Assembly (NCBI GenBank): GCA_001768555.1
Contig: MEOD01000027.1
Span: 1-26,551, forward strand
Length of the DNA: 26,551 bases
Reading direction: 5' to 3'
From: Bacteroidetes bacterium GWF2_29_10
GTDB lineage: Bacteria; Bacteroidota; Bacteroidia; Bacteroidales; GWE2-29-8
The notes under the pieces were generated by a model that did not search any database, was not told where the DNA came from, and saw nothing but the letters and a program-made list of their open reading frames with translations. A program made the position numbers and the translations under genes. This document shows positions 1-8,635 of this stretch, one piece after another. Position 1 is the stretch's first letter. Every line of letters starts with the position of its first letter.

Positions 1-584
1 ATTTTGATTAAATCAAAAAAAGTTATTGTCTCATTTTATTTAAAATATATTATTGACCAAAAAGAAAAACTTATTTTTTTATTTATTATAAAAATAGAAT
101 TTATGAATAATTTAGGACAAATAAATTGATATTAAAAAATTTCTAATGGACAATTTGGGATAATTTAATGCTGCTATATAATTAAAAATAATTTGCAATA
201 TTCTTTAGGTTTAAGGAGGCTTTTTTTAGTTCAATAATAATCAATGATAATTATTAGATATTTGTATTATTAAATTCTCCGTTATTGTTATTTCTGATAA
301 AATATTTTTAATTACCAAAATATCAAATTAATTATAAGTATAGCATTTGAGTTTTTTATTAAGCCTTAATTAACATAAAATTAACAATAGGTAATTTTAA
401 TATACTTATTTGTAGCGATTTATGCTTAATATTTTATTACTACCTATCTCTTAATTAACGTAAACTAAATCTTAACTTAATGTTAAATTAACCTTATTGC
501 ACTTCTTTTGTACTTGTAATCAGAGTATATTAATATAAAGTTAATAAGAATAAATAAAAAAAATTAAGTAATCAAAACAAAAAA

Positions 585-1439
585 ATGAGAATTATGAATA
601 CAAAAAACAGTTCAAAACTATTAATATTGTTAATGGTGTTAACATCAATAGGATGTGGTTCAAAAAAACAGCAAGAATCTTTAAAAATAAAAGGTAGCGA
701 TACATGTTTACCTCTTACTCAAAAAGCTGCAGAAAATTATATGAAAAAGAACAAAGAAGCTTCAATAATGGTTACAGGAGGAGGTTCTGGAGTTGGCCTC
801 GCTGCATTATTAGATGGAACTACAGATGTTGCAATGGCATCAAGGAAAATGAAAATGGATGAAATATTACAATTAAAAAAAACAGGTAATTCTGAATATA
901 AAGAGATAACCATTGCAAATGATGCAATTGCAGTAATCGTTAATCCCTCAAATAAAATTAGTAAACTAACAAGAGAACAAATAGAGGACATATATACAGG
1001 AAAGATTGATAACTGGAAAGATTTAGGAGGTGATGACATAAAAATTATAGCTTATTCAAGAGAATCAAGTTCAGGAACTTATGAATTTTTTAAAGAACAT
1101 GTATTAAATAAAAAGAATTTTGGACCTTCAATGTTGTTAATGCCAGCTACAGGAGCAATAGTACAGTCGGTTAGTCAAACTGAAGGAGCAATAGGATATG
1201 TTGGGGTTGCATACATAGAGAATAGTATAAAAGCTTTGTTAATATCGTATGACAATGGACAATCTTATATTGAACCTACAATTGAAAATGCAAAAAGCAA
1301 ATTGTATCCAATATCTCGACCATTGTATTACTATTATTTAACAAAATCCGAAAGCTTGGTTAAGCCATTTGTTGATTATTTATTATCAGAAGAAGGACAG
1401 AAAATTGTTGTAAGTGAGGGATATGTTCCTGTTAAGTAA
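585..1439 (+). CDS. pstS: Phosphate ABC transporter substrate-binding lipoprotein PstS
   Basis: 284 aa. N-terminal signal peptide with a lipobox-like SIGCGS. PBP-fold phosphate-binding motifs (TGGGSG, AMASR, NWKDLGG). First gene of a pstSCAB-phoU array. An alternative ATG lies at 594. Confidence 0.85.
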   Translation: MRIMNTKNSSKLLILLMVLTSIGCGSKKQQESLKIKGSDTCLPLTQKAAENYMKKNKEASIMVTGGGSGVGLAALLDGTTDVAMASRKMKMDEILQLKKTGNSEYKEITIANDAIAVIVNPSNKISKLTREQIEDIYTGKIDNWKDLGGDDIKIIAYSRESSSGTYEFFKEHVLNKKNFGPSMLLMPATGAIVQSVSQTEGAIGYVGVAYIENSIKALLISYDNGQSYIEPTIENAKSKLYPISRPLYYYYLTKSESLVKPFVDYLLSEEGQKIVVSEGYVPVK

Positions 1440-1472
1440 GGCTATCTTTTTTTAATCAATACAAAGAAAAAA

Positions 1473-2684
1473 ATGCAAAAATATTCATTTAGATATTTCA
1501 AAGAAAAAATAGCCGAAAGCATATTGTTATTGAGTAGTTTATTTACATCAATTGCTGTTATTTTTATTATAATATTTTTATTTAAAGAAGGATATGGGTT
1601 ATTTAATGAAAAACCTATAGAGAAAGGTTACAATTTATCAATACATCCATCTAATAAATTAAATAACTTAACAGCAAAACAGATTAAATTAATATTTGAC
1701 AGAAATGTAACCAATTGGAAGGATTTAGGAGGAGATGATAGAAAAATAAATTTACTTACAATTGAAAAAATGACAGATATATACACAAAAAAAGAGCTTG
1801 GCGAAGGATTTGAATATTTATCTTTGAAAATAAATGAATATGTAATTAAGGATAGTGGTGTAGTTGCATTTTTTGCAGAACAATTTTTAGATGCAAACTT
1901 TAAAGGAAAAAAAGTTCTGATTGATGATAATAAAATTAAAGATTTTATAACTGATAAAGAGTGGTATCCAACAGCAAGTCCTGCTGCTCAATTTGGGACA
2001 TTGTCTTTAATAATGGGAACATTGTGGGTTAGTCTAGGAGCAATTCTTTTTGCTTTACCTTTTGGTTTGTCTGCAGCGATATTTTTAGCAGAAGTATCTA
2101 ATCCGAAGCTAAGAAATATTTTAAAACCATTGATTGAATTGTTAGCTGGTATTCCATCTGTAGTTTATGGTTTCTTTGGCTTGGTTGTTATAGTTCCATT
2201 TATTCAACAATTATTTAATTTGCCTGTAGGAGAAACGGCTTTAGCAGGAAGTTTAGTTCTTGGGATAATGGCTTTGCCTACAATAATAACTATTTCAGAA
2301 GATGCTTTAAGAACTACACCTCAATCATTGAAAGAGGCAAGTTTAGCATTAGGAGCAACTCGTTGGCAAACAATTTTAAAAGTAACAATTCCTTATTCTA
2401 TATCGGGAATAACCGCAGCTGTTATGCTGGGTATGGGTAGAGCAATAGGAGAAACTATGGCGGTTTTAATGGTTACAGGAAATGCCGCTGTAATTCCAAC
2501 TAGTTTCCTGCAACCAATAAGAACAATTCCTGCAACAATTGCAGCTGAATTAGGAGAAGCTCCTGCAGGAGGAATTCATTTTAAGGCTTTATTTGCATTA
2601 GGAATAATATTATTTTTAATTACTCTTATTATAAATCTTACGGTTGAATTTATTAAAATATCTAAAAAATCTCCAAGGTTATAA
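1473..2684 (+). CDS. pstC: Phosphate ABC transporter permease PstC, carrying an N-terminal periplasmic extension with a PstS-like fragment
   Basis: 403 aa. Multiple TM helices and the ABC permease EAA-like region (SLKEASLALGATRWQTI). Its position between pstS and pstA. Residues ~59-100 (PSNKLNNLTAKQIKLIF..NWKDLGGDDRKI) closely mirror PstS residues ~121-160. Confidence 0.85.
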   Translation: MQKYSFRYFKEKIAESILLLSSLFTSIAVIFIIIFLFKEGYGLFNEKPIEKGYNLSIHPSNKLNNLTAKQIKLIFDRNVTNWKDLGGDDRKINLLTIEKMTDIYTKKELGEGFEYLSLKINEYVIKDSGVVAFFAEQFLDANFKGKKVLIDDNKIKDFITDKEWYPTASPAAQFGTLSLIMGTLWVSLGAILFALPFGLSAAIFLAEVSNPKLRNILKPLIELLAGIPSVVYGFFGLVVIVPFIQQLFNLPVGETALAGSLVLGIMALPTIITISEDALRTTPQSLKEASLALGATRWQTILKVTIPYSISGITAAVMLGMGRAIGETMAVLMVTGNAAVIPTSFLQPIRTIPATIAAELGEAPAGGIHFKALFALGIILFLITLIINLTVEFIKISKKSPRL

Positions 2685-2690
2685 AATATT

Positions 2691-3551
2691 ATGAAAAGAA
2701 ACAATAGATTAAAAGAAAAGATTGCATTTACAATATTTAGCATAGTAAGTTTTATTATTGTTATAATATTATTTTTAATAATTGCTTTTATATTTGTTAA
2801 TGGTATTTCTGTAATTAGTTGGGATTTTATAAGCAAAATGCCAACAGATGGAATGACTGGAGGAGGAATATTGCCTGCAATAGTAGGGACTCTTTGTTTA
2901 ATGTTGGGCAGTATTGTGTTTTCGTTTCCAATAGGAGTTCTCTCTGGTATATTTATTAATGAGTATCTAAAGGACTCAATATTTAAAAAGTTTTTAAGTT
3001 TAATGACTAATAATTTAGCTGGGGTTCCTTCAATTGTTTTTGGTCTTTTTGGTATGTCTTTATTTGTTAATCATCTTAATTTTGGAGATTCAATAATTGC
3101 AGGATCACTTACTTTAGGATTATTAACATTACCCGTTATTATAACAACTACGGAAGAAGCTTTGAAATCTGTGGATAATTCTGTTAGAATAGGAAGTTAT
3201 GCTTTAGGTGCAAGTAAATTACAAACAATAAAACGAGTTGTTCTCCCTATTGCATATCCTAATATTATAACAGGTCTTATATTATCTTTAAGTAGAGTTT
3301 CAGGAGAGACAGCTCCTATATTGTTTACCGTAGCTGCATATTTTTTGCCTAGATTACCAAATAGTATGTTTGATCAGGTTATGGCTCTTCCGTATCATTT
3401 ATATGTGTTAACTACAAGTGGAACAAATATTGAGCAGTCTAGACCAATGGCTTATGGTACAGCTTTAGTTTTAATACTAATAGTTCTCATATTTAATCTG
3501 ATAGCTAATATTATTAGGAAAAAGTTAGGTCAAAATGTTAAGATGAAATAA
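2691..3551 (+). CDS. pstA: Phosphate ABC transporter permease PstA
   Basis: 286 aa and 6 predicted TM segments. Permease signature ([30 protein letters not shown]). Located directly downstream of pstC. Confidence 0.85.
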   Translation: MKRNNRLKEKIAFTIFSIVSFIIVIILFLIIAFIFVNGISVISWDFISKMPTDGMTGGGILPAIVGTLCLMLGSIVFSFPIGVLSGIFINEYLKDSIFKKFLSLMTNNLAGVPSIVFGLFGMSLFVNHLNFGDSIIAGSLTLGLLTLPVIITTTEEALKSVDNSVRIGSYALGASKLQTIKRVVLPIAYPNIITGLILSLSRVSGETAPILFTVAAYFLPRLPNSMFDQVMALPYHLYVLTTSGTNIEQSRPMAYGTALVLILIVLIFNLIANIIRKKLGQNVKMK

Positions 3552-3567
3552 AATATCAAAAAAAAAA

Positions 3568-4317
3568 ATGAAAGTAATAACTAAAAACGTCAACCTGTTT
3601 TACGGTGATTTTCAAGCTCTCAAGGATATTAATCTTGAGATGGAGATGAATACCGTGACTGCATTGATCGGTCCCTCTGGTTGCGGAAAGTCCACTTATT
3701 TGAGATTGTTTAACAGGATGAATGATCTTATAGACAATGTTAAAATTACAGGCGAAGTATTAATTGATGGGCAAAATATATATGATAAGTCAACTCAAGT
3801 TGATGAGTTAAGAAAAAAAATTGGGATGGTATTTCAAAAACCAAATCCATTTCCAAAGAGTATTTTCGAAAATGTTGCTTTTGGATTAAGAATAAATGGG
3901 ATTAATGATAAAATATACATTGAGGAAACGGTTAAAAACTCATTAATACAAGCCGCTCTTTGGGATGAAGTAAAAGATAAATTGAAAAAATCAGCCTTTG
4001 AGCTTTCAGGAGGACAACAGCAAAGATTATGTATTGCAAGAACGCTCGCAATACAACCTTCCATTGTGTTAATGGATGAACCTGCTTCAGCTTTAGATCC
4101 AATATCAACAGCAAAAATAGAGGATTTGATTTATGATTTGAAGAAAAAATATACAATAATAATAGTAACACATAATATGCAGCAAGCAGCTCGCATTAGT
4201 GACAAAACTGCATTCTTCTATATGGGTGAACTTATTGAATATGACAAAACTTCAAAGATTTTCACAAAACCAGAAAAAGAACAAACACAAAATTATGTTA
4301 CAGGACGTTTTGGTTAA
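3568..4317 (+). CDS. pstB: Phosphate ABC transporter ATP-binding protein PstB
   Basis: 249 aa. Walker [13 protein letters not shown] signature LSGGQQQRL, Walker [13 protein letters not shown] and an H-loop VTHN. The typical PstB length. Confidence 0.92.
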   Translation: MKVITKNVNLFYGDFQALKDINLEMEMNTVTALIGPSGCGKSTYLRLFNRMNDLIDNVKITGEVLIDGQNIYDKSTQVDELRKKIGMVFQKPNPFPKSIFENVAFGLRINGINDKIYIEETVKNSLIQAALWDEVKDKLKKSAFELSGGQQQRLCIARTLAIQPSIVLMDEPASALDPISTAKIEDLIYDLKKKYTIIIVTHNMQQAARISDKTAFFYMGELIEYDKTSKIFTKPEKEQTQNYVTGRFG

Positions 4318-4377
4318 AATATATTTTTTACTTTTAGAAATTAATAACAATAAAAACAATTTAATAAAATAAACAAT

Positions 4378-5049
4378 ATGACACATCTTGATGTTGCTCT
4401 ACCAATCATAAAAAAAGATTTGTTAAAAATGATGATGATGGTAAAATCTCAAGTTTCTTTAAGCAAAGATTGCTTAGAAAAATTTGATAAAGAATTGGCT
4501 TATGAAGTATTATCTAATGAAAAAAAAATAGACGCATTTGAGTTAAAATTAAATATGGATTGTGAAAATGTATTAGCTCTATACAATCCTGTTGCTATAG
4601 ACTTGAGGTTTGTTATGGCTTCTTACACCATAACTGCTGATTTGGAAAGAATAGCAGATAAAGCCGCCAGTATCGCACGGTTTGTTACAGATTTAGAAAG
4701 TCCTTTAGCAGAAAATATAAGTAAAAAACTCCAAATAAAAGAAATGTATGAACAAGCATTGATAATACTTGATGATGTTTACGATGTGCTTGAAAATGAA
4801 GATACTGCTTTAGGTAGGGAGGTATTTAAAAAAGATGATTTATTAAATAATATTTATAAAAATTCAACGAAAGCATCTCTTGAATTAATAAAAGAAAATC
4901 CAAATAATTCCGCTCAAATACTTTACGCTTATTCTAGTGTAAAGAAAATTGAACGCATTGGAGATTTAGCCAAAAGCATTATTGAGGAAATAATTTTTTA
5001 TATAGAAGCAAAAGTAATGAAGCATTCAAAATTAGATAAAAATAACTAG
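4378..5049 (+). CDS. phoU: Phosphate transport system regulatory protein PhoU
   Basis: 223 aa and all-helical. Two PhoU repeats with conserved Asp/Glu-x-x-x-Asp patterns (DLERIADKA, KIERIGDLAK). The last gene of the pst operon. Confidence 0.85.
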   Translation: MTHLDVALPIIKKDLLKMMMMVKSQVSLSKDCLEKFDKELAYEVLSNEKKIDAFELKLNMDCENVLALYNPVAIDLRFVMASYTITADLERIADKAASIARFVTDLESPLAENISKKLQIKEMYEQALIILDDVYDVLENEDTALGREVFKKDDLLNNIYKNSTKASLELIKENPNNSAQILYAYSSVKKIERIGDLAKSIIEEIIFYIEAKVMKHSKLDKNN

Positions 5050-5062
5050 AAAAATATTTTAT

Positions 5063-5103
5063 AAAAAAAAAGGCAACTTTTATACAAAGTTGCCTTTTTT
5101 TTT
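5063..5103. terminator. Bidirectional rho-independent terminator shared by phoU (+) and the convergent lipoprotein gene (-)
   Basis: A perfect 10-bp stem aggcaacttt / aaagttgcct (5071-5080 / 5087-5096) with a 6-nt loop. Flanked by an A8 run on the left and a T9 run on the right. It sits between the two convergent stop codons (5049 and 5118). Confidence 0.85.
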
Positions 5104-5117
5104 GCTTTAAAAAATAA

Positions 5118-5372
5118 TTATTTTTTTCCTTTAGCTGTTTTTTCACTTGCGTTAGCAATTGAGTCAGCAGTAGCAGTAGCAACAGCAGCAGCAGCAGCAG
5201 CATTGATAGAATCTTGTATAGCTTGTTGATTTGCAGCTTCCATTTCAGCTTCAACTTTAGCTATAGAATCTTGAATTCTTGCTTCTTCTTTAGCTTTTTC
5301 TTCAGCAGAAGGACCACAAGCAACAAATGAAGCCATACCGGCTACTAATAAAATGGTAAAAAGTTTTTTCAT
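5118..5372 (-). CDS. Small Ala/Glu-rich lipoprotein of unknown function
   Basis: 84 aa. Signal peptide MKKLFTILLVAGMASFVAC with a lipobox Cys. The remainder is predicted helical and Ala/Glu/Lys-rich. Locally GC-rich because of GCN codons. Strong terminator downstream. No family recognised. Confidence 0.6.
   Translation of the reverse strand: MKKLFTILLVAGMASFVACGPSAEEKAKEEARIQDSIAKVEAEMEAANQQAIQDSINAAAAAAVATATADSIANASEKTAKGKK
5165..5202. repeat. Imperfect (CAG/GCW)n trinucleotide repeat encoding the poly-Ala/Thr stretch of the small lipoprotein
   Basis: cagcagtagcagtagcaacag followed by a pure (CAG)6 at 5183-5202. On the minus strand this reads GCT GCT ..., encoding AAAAAAVATATA. Confidence 0.8.
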
Positions 5373-5661
5373 AATTTTAAGTTTTAAATAAATTAATGCT
5401 GCAAAATTACTTTATTTTTTATTTGAAATTATTTTTTTTAAAGTTTTTTTTAAAGTTTTTTTTTTTGTTATTAAAACGATTGAAAAACGTTCTTTTTTTT
5501 GTCTCTTCCTAAATAGGTTTACACAAAAAAATTAGAATTAAGGGAAAAAGTTTTAACCTTAATTTCAGGTTTATCTAAAAATAGAAATATGCGTTATATC
5601 ACTTTTCAATATTTATATCATGCTTATTGTTAATATTTTACTAAAAAAAATAGTTTTTTTT

Positions 5662-5671
5662 GGGGGGGGGG
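5662..5671. repeat. G10 homopolymeric tract in an intergenic region
   Basis: Ten consecutive G (ttttGGGGGGGGGGtgg) in a window that is otherwise ~75% AT. It lies in a 740-bp gene-free region. Confidence 0.9.
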
Positions 5672-6114
5672 TGGCTTTTAGGTAAAGTAATATAATATAA
5701 TGTAATGAAATGGAAATAAGACAGTTTACTCAAATTATGCTATTGATTTATTTATAACGTTTTAACAATTAGTGATTGTGTAAATAAGTATTAATTTTAT
5801 TTGGCTATAAAATATGGCTACCCATAAATACTTACTCATACAAATCTGCTGAATGAAGTACAATAATTTTTATTTTTGATAATGCCTACTTTGCAAATCC
5901 TATTTTATGGTATTATTTATGTTTTCATGCTAATTAATATACAAAATATCATCATTTCAATAATTGGTTTTAATGAAGTATTTGCAGTAGATGGGTGTGG
6001 TTACTTATATGCACATAAAAAAATTGTTTTAGGATTAGAATTACTATTTAAATATCAAATTAATTATAATCATAAAAAAAATAATTAGTAAATTTGTAAA
6101 AAAATTAAATAATC

Positions 6115-6672
6115 ATGGAAAATAATATTGAAGAAAAAGAAGCTATTAGTTTATTTAAAAATTCGTACACATTTGGTGCTTATACAGGGTTAGGTTTACT
6201 CATTGTTCATTATATTTTATATATAAGTGGAGCTTTGTTAGAAAGTAGCTTTATGGGTATATTTATTTATATAGTTTTAATAGTTGGTATGTCTTACGGA
6301 ACAACAGTATATAGGAATAAAGCTTTAAATGGATTTATCAATTATAGTAAAAGCTTAAAATCATGTACAATGATAGGTTTCTTTGCCTCATTGTTTATAG
6401 GACTATTTTATTTTTTAGTATTTTATTTTGATGCGAGTTTTATAGATAAACAAATAGATGCAGCTTACAAACAGTTAAGCCAAATTAGTTTTATAAAAGA
6501 GAATGACATGGAACTAGCAATAGAAAAAATAAAAGAGCAAACACCTTTTGGTGCTTTTATGAGCAATTTTATTTCTTTTACTTTGATTAGCACCTTTTTA
6601 GGTCTTCTAATATCTATATTTGTAAAGAAAAAAGACAACTCTTTTGAGTCTAATTTTAAAGAAACAGAATAA
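6115..6672 (+). CDS. Small polytopic membrane protein (about 4 TM) of unknown function, possibly DUF4199-like
   Basis: 185 aa with four hydrophobic segments and a hydrophilic C-terminus. Translationally coupled to the downstream GT2 (stop 6672, next start 6675). The family assignment is from memory of Bacteroidota gene neighbourhoods only. Confidence 0.5.
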   Translation: MENNIEEKEAISLFKNSYTFGAYTGLGLLIVHYILYISGALLESSFMGIFIYIVLIVGMSYGTTVYRNKALNGFINYSKSLKSCTMIGFFASLFIGLFYFLVFYFDASFIDKQIDAAYKQLSQISFIKENDMELAIEKIKEQTPFGAFMSNFISFTLISTFLGLLISIFVKKKDNSFESNFKETE

Positions 6673-6674
6673 GC

Positions 6675-7628
6675 ATGAATATTTCAATTGTAATACCTCT
6701 TCTGAATGAAGATGAATCTATTTCTGAATTAACTTCATGGATAGAAAGAGTTATGGCTACAAATAATTTTTCTTATGAAATAATATTTATTGATGATGGG
6801 AGCACGGATAATTCATGGCAAATAATATGTGATTTATCAAAAATAAACACAAACATAAAAGGGCTTAAGTTTAGGAGAAATTATGGGAAATCGGCTGCAC
6901 TAAATTGCGGGTTCGAAGCAGCTAAAGGAGATGTTATTATTACCATGGATGCGGACTTGCAAGATAGTCCTGACGAAATTCCAGAACTTTATAATATGAT
7001 AATATCGCAAGATTATGACATTGTTTCTGGATGGAAAAAGAAACGTTATGATCCAATAACAAAGACATTACCAACCAAATTATTTAATTGGGCTACAAGA
7101 AAAATGTCTGGTATATATTTGCATGACTTTAACTGTGGGTTAAAAGCTTATAAGAATGAGGTAATAAAAACTATTGAAGTTTATGGGGAAATGCACCGTT
7201 ATATCCCTGTAATAGCAAAATGGACTGGGTTTAAAAAAATAGGAGAGAAGGTTGTTACTCATCAAAAACGAAAATATGGTACAACTAAATTTGGTATAGA
7301 ACGTTTCACAAATGGATTTTTAGATTTATTATCAATTTCTTTTGTTTCTAAGTTTGGTAAAAAGCCTATGCACTTTTTTGGAACAATAGGCACTCTTTCA
7401 TTTATCATGGGAGGAGGCGTTTCTATATGGATTATATTTGAAAAAGTATATCAAATTGTAACTTCCGGAGGATATAAAAGAGATATAACTGATAATCCTT
7501 TATTTTTTATAGCTCTTCTAGCTATGATTATAGGTACACAATTGTTTTTAACTGGTTTTCTTGCAGAAATGATTTCAAGAAACTCAACAGATAAAAATAA
7601 ATACATAATAAAAGACAAATGCAATTAA
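6675..7628 (+). CDS. GT2-family polyprenyl-phosphate glycosyltransferase (GtrB/ArnC/DPM1-like)
   Basis: 317 aa. N-terminal GT-A fold motifs (VIPLLNE, DDGSTD, DADLQD). Two C-terminal TM helices typical of bactoprenol-phosphate sugar transferases. Confidence 0.8.
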   Translation: MNISIVIPLLNEDESISELTSWIERVMATNNFSYEIIFIDDGSTDNSWQIICDLSKINTNIKGLKFRRNYGKSAALNCGFEAAKGDVIITMDADLQDSPDEIPELYNMIISQDYDIVSGWKKKRYDPITKTLPTKLFNWATRKMSGIYLHDFNCGLKAYKNEVIKTIEVYGEMHRYIPVIAKWTGFKKIGEKVVTHQKRKYGTTKFGIERFTNGFLDLLSISFVSKFGKKPMHFFGTIGTLSFIMGGGVSIWIIFEKVYQIVTSGGYKRDITDNPLFFIALLAMIIGTQLFLTGFLAEMISRNSTDKNKYIIKDKCN

Positions 7629-7663
7629 ATGGTATTGTTTTTTATACCGTTTTAAATTTTGTT

Positions 7664-8629
7664 TTAAAGATATTTATGCTCAGTAAGATAGTTTTGAATG
7701 TAATCTTTAATCCCGCTATTTAAGTTATAGAACTGATTATTGTATCCTATATTTATAAGTTTTGCCATATCAGCCTGAGTGAAGTATTGATATTTTTCAC
7801 GAATATCTAAAGGAATATCAATAAACTCTATACTTGGTGATATTTGCATAGAATCATAAACGGCAAGAGCTAAATCGTTAAAAGATTGAGCTTTTCCAGT
7901 GCCTAAATTGTAAATTCCACTATTTTGCTTATGATTTAACAAGAAGTATATAACAGAGCAAATATCTTTAACATAAATAAAATCTCTTAATTGCTGTCCG
8001 TCTTTGAATTCTGGTTTGTGTGATCGGAATAGTTTTAGGTTATTTCCATTTTTTATTTGATTATATGCATGAAATATAACAGATGCCATTCTAGCTTTGT
8101 GATATTCATTAGGACCGTAAACATTAAAGAATTTTAGTCCATACCAATATGGAGGTTTTGTTGTTTGTTGTAACACCCATTTGTCAAATTCGTTTTTAGA
8201 TTCTCCGTAAGGGTTTAAAGGTTTAAGTTTAGAGATAATGTTGTCATCATCTTTATATCCGAGTTCTCCATTTCCATAAGTTGCAGCAGAAGATGCGTAT
8301 ATAAACGGGATGTTGTATTTGGCACATTTATTCCAAAGCTGTTTTGAATAGTTTAGATTTAATTCGTCAAATATATTTTTATCAAACTCGGTGGTATCAG
8401 TTCTAGCTCCTAAATGTATTACAAGTGATATATCTTTGAATTGTTTGTCAAAAGAAGGAATGAAAAGGTTTCGATCTATTTTGTCAAAGTATTTTTTATC
8501 TTTAAAGTTTTCGTTCTTTAAAGGGTTATTAAATTTATCTACTAATAAAATATCATAAATTCCTTCTTGATTAAGTTTGCTTAATACGCAACTTCCTATA
8601 AATCCAGCAGATCCTGTAAGTACTATCAT
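7664..8629 (-). CDS. hldD: ADP-L-glycero-D-manno-heptose 6-epimerase
   Basis: 321 aa. N-terminal Rossmann motif GSAGFIGS. HldD-specific blocks FIYASSAATYG, FNVYGPNEYHKARMASVIFH, YNLGTGKAQSF and YQYFTQADMAKL align with E. coli HldD/RfaD. Confidence 0.85.
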   Translation of the reverse strand: MIVLTGSAGFIGSCVLSKLNQEGIYDILLVDKFNNPLKNENFKDKKYFDKIDRNLFIPSFDKQFKDISLVIHLGARTDTTEFDKNIFDELNLNYSKQLWNKCAKYNIPFIYASSAATYGNGELGYKDDDNIISKLKPLNPYGESKNEFDKWVLQQTTKPPYWYGLKFFNVYGPNEYHKARMASVIFHAYNQIKNGNNLKLFRSHKPEFKDGQQLRDFIYVKDICSVIYFLLNHKQNSGIYNLGTGKAQSFNDLALAVYDSMQISPSIEFIDIPLDIREKYQYFTQADMAKLINIGYNNQFYNLNSGIKDYIQNYLTEHKYL

Positions 8630-8635
8630 TTTATA

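Noticed and set aside
207-225. Strong Shine-Dalgarno-like TAAGGAGGC followed by a T-run
   Set aside because: The only downstream ATG gives a 9-aa peptide. No stem is paired to the T-run, so it is not a terminator. Likely a chance occurrence.
737-1039. 100-aa minus-strand ORF within pstS
   Set aside because: Antisense shadow ORF within a conserved PstS CDS.
3834-4171. Two minus-strand ORFs (76 and 79 aa) inside pstB
   Set aside because: They lie antisense to a canonical ABC ATPase with intact Walker/signature motifs. No start context or homology supports them.
4979-5254. 91-aa minus-strand ORF encoding a poly-Leu run
   Set aside because: It is the alternate reading frame of the (CAG)n repeat and overlaps both the phoU 3' end and the lipoprotein gene. 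The in-frame Ala-rich lipoprotein reading, with its signal peptide, is far more plausible.
5876-6088. 70-aa plus-strand ORF in the gene-free island
   Set aside because: Hydrophobic and low-complexity, with no recognisable motif, no obvious promoter or RBS context and an AT-rich codon composition indistinguishable from the background. Kept only as a possible context for the G10 tract.
6905-6916. GGGTTCGAAGC, a tRNA T-arm-like motif
   Set aside because: It lies in-frame within the GT2 CDS (encoding NCGFEAAKG). No cloverleaf can be built around it.
7629-7663. Possible bidirectional terminator between the GT2 (+) and hldD (-)
   Set aside because: Only a 5-bp stem (ggtat/atacc) with a T-rich loop could be formed. 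It is too weak to call, although convergent transcription must end here.
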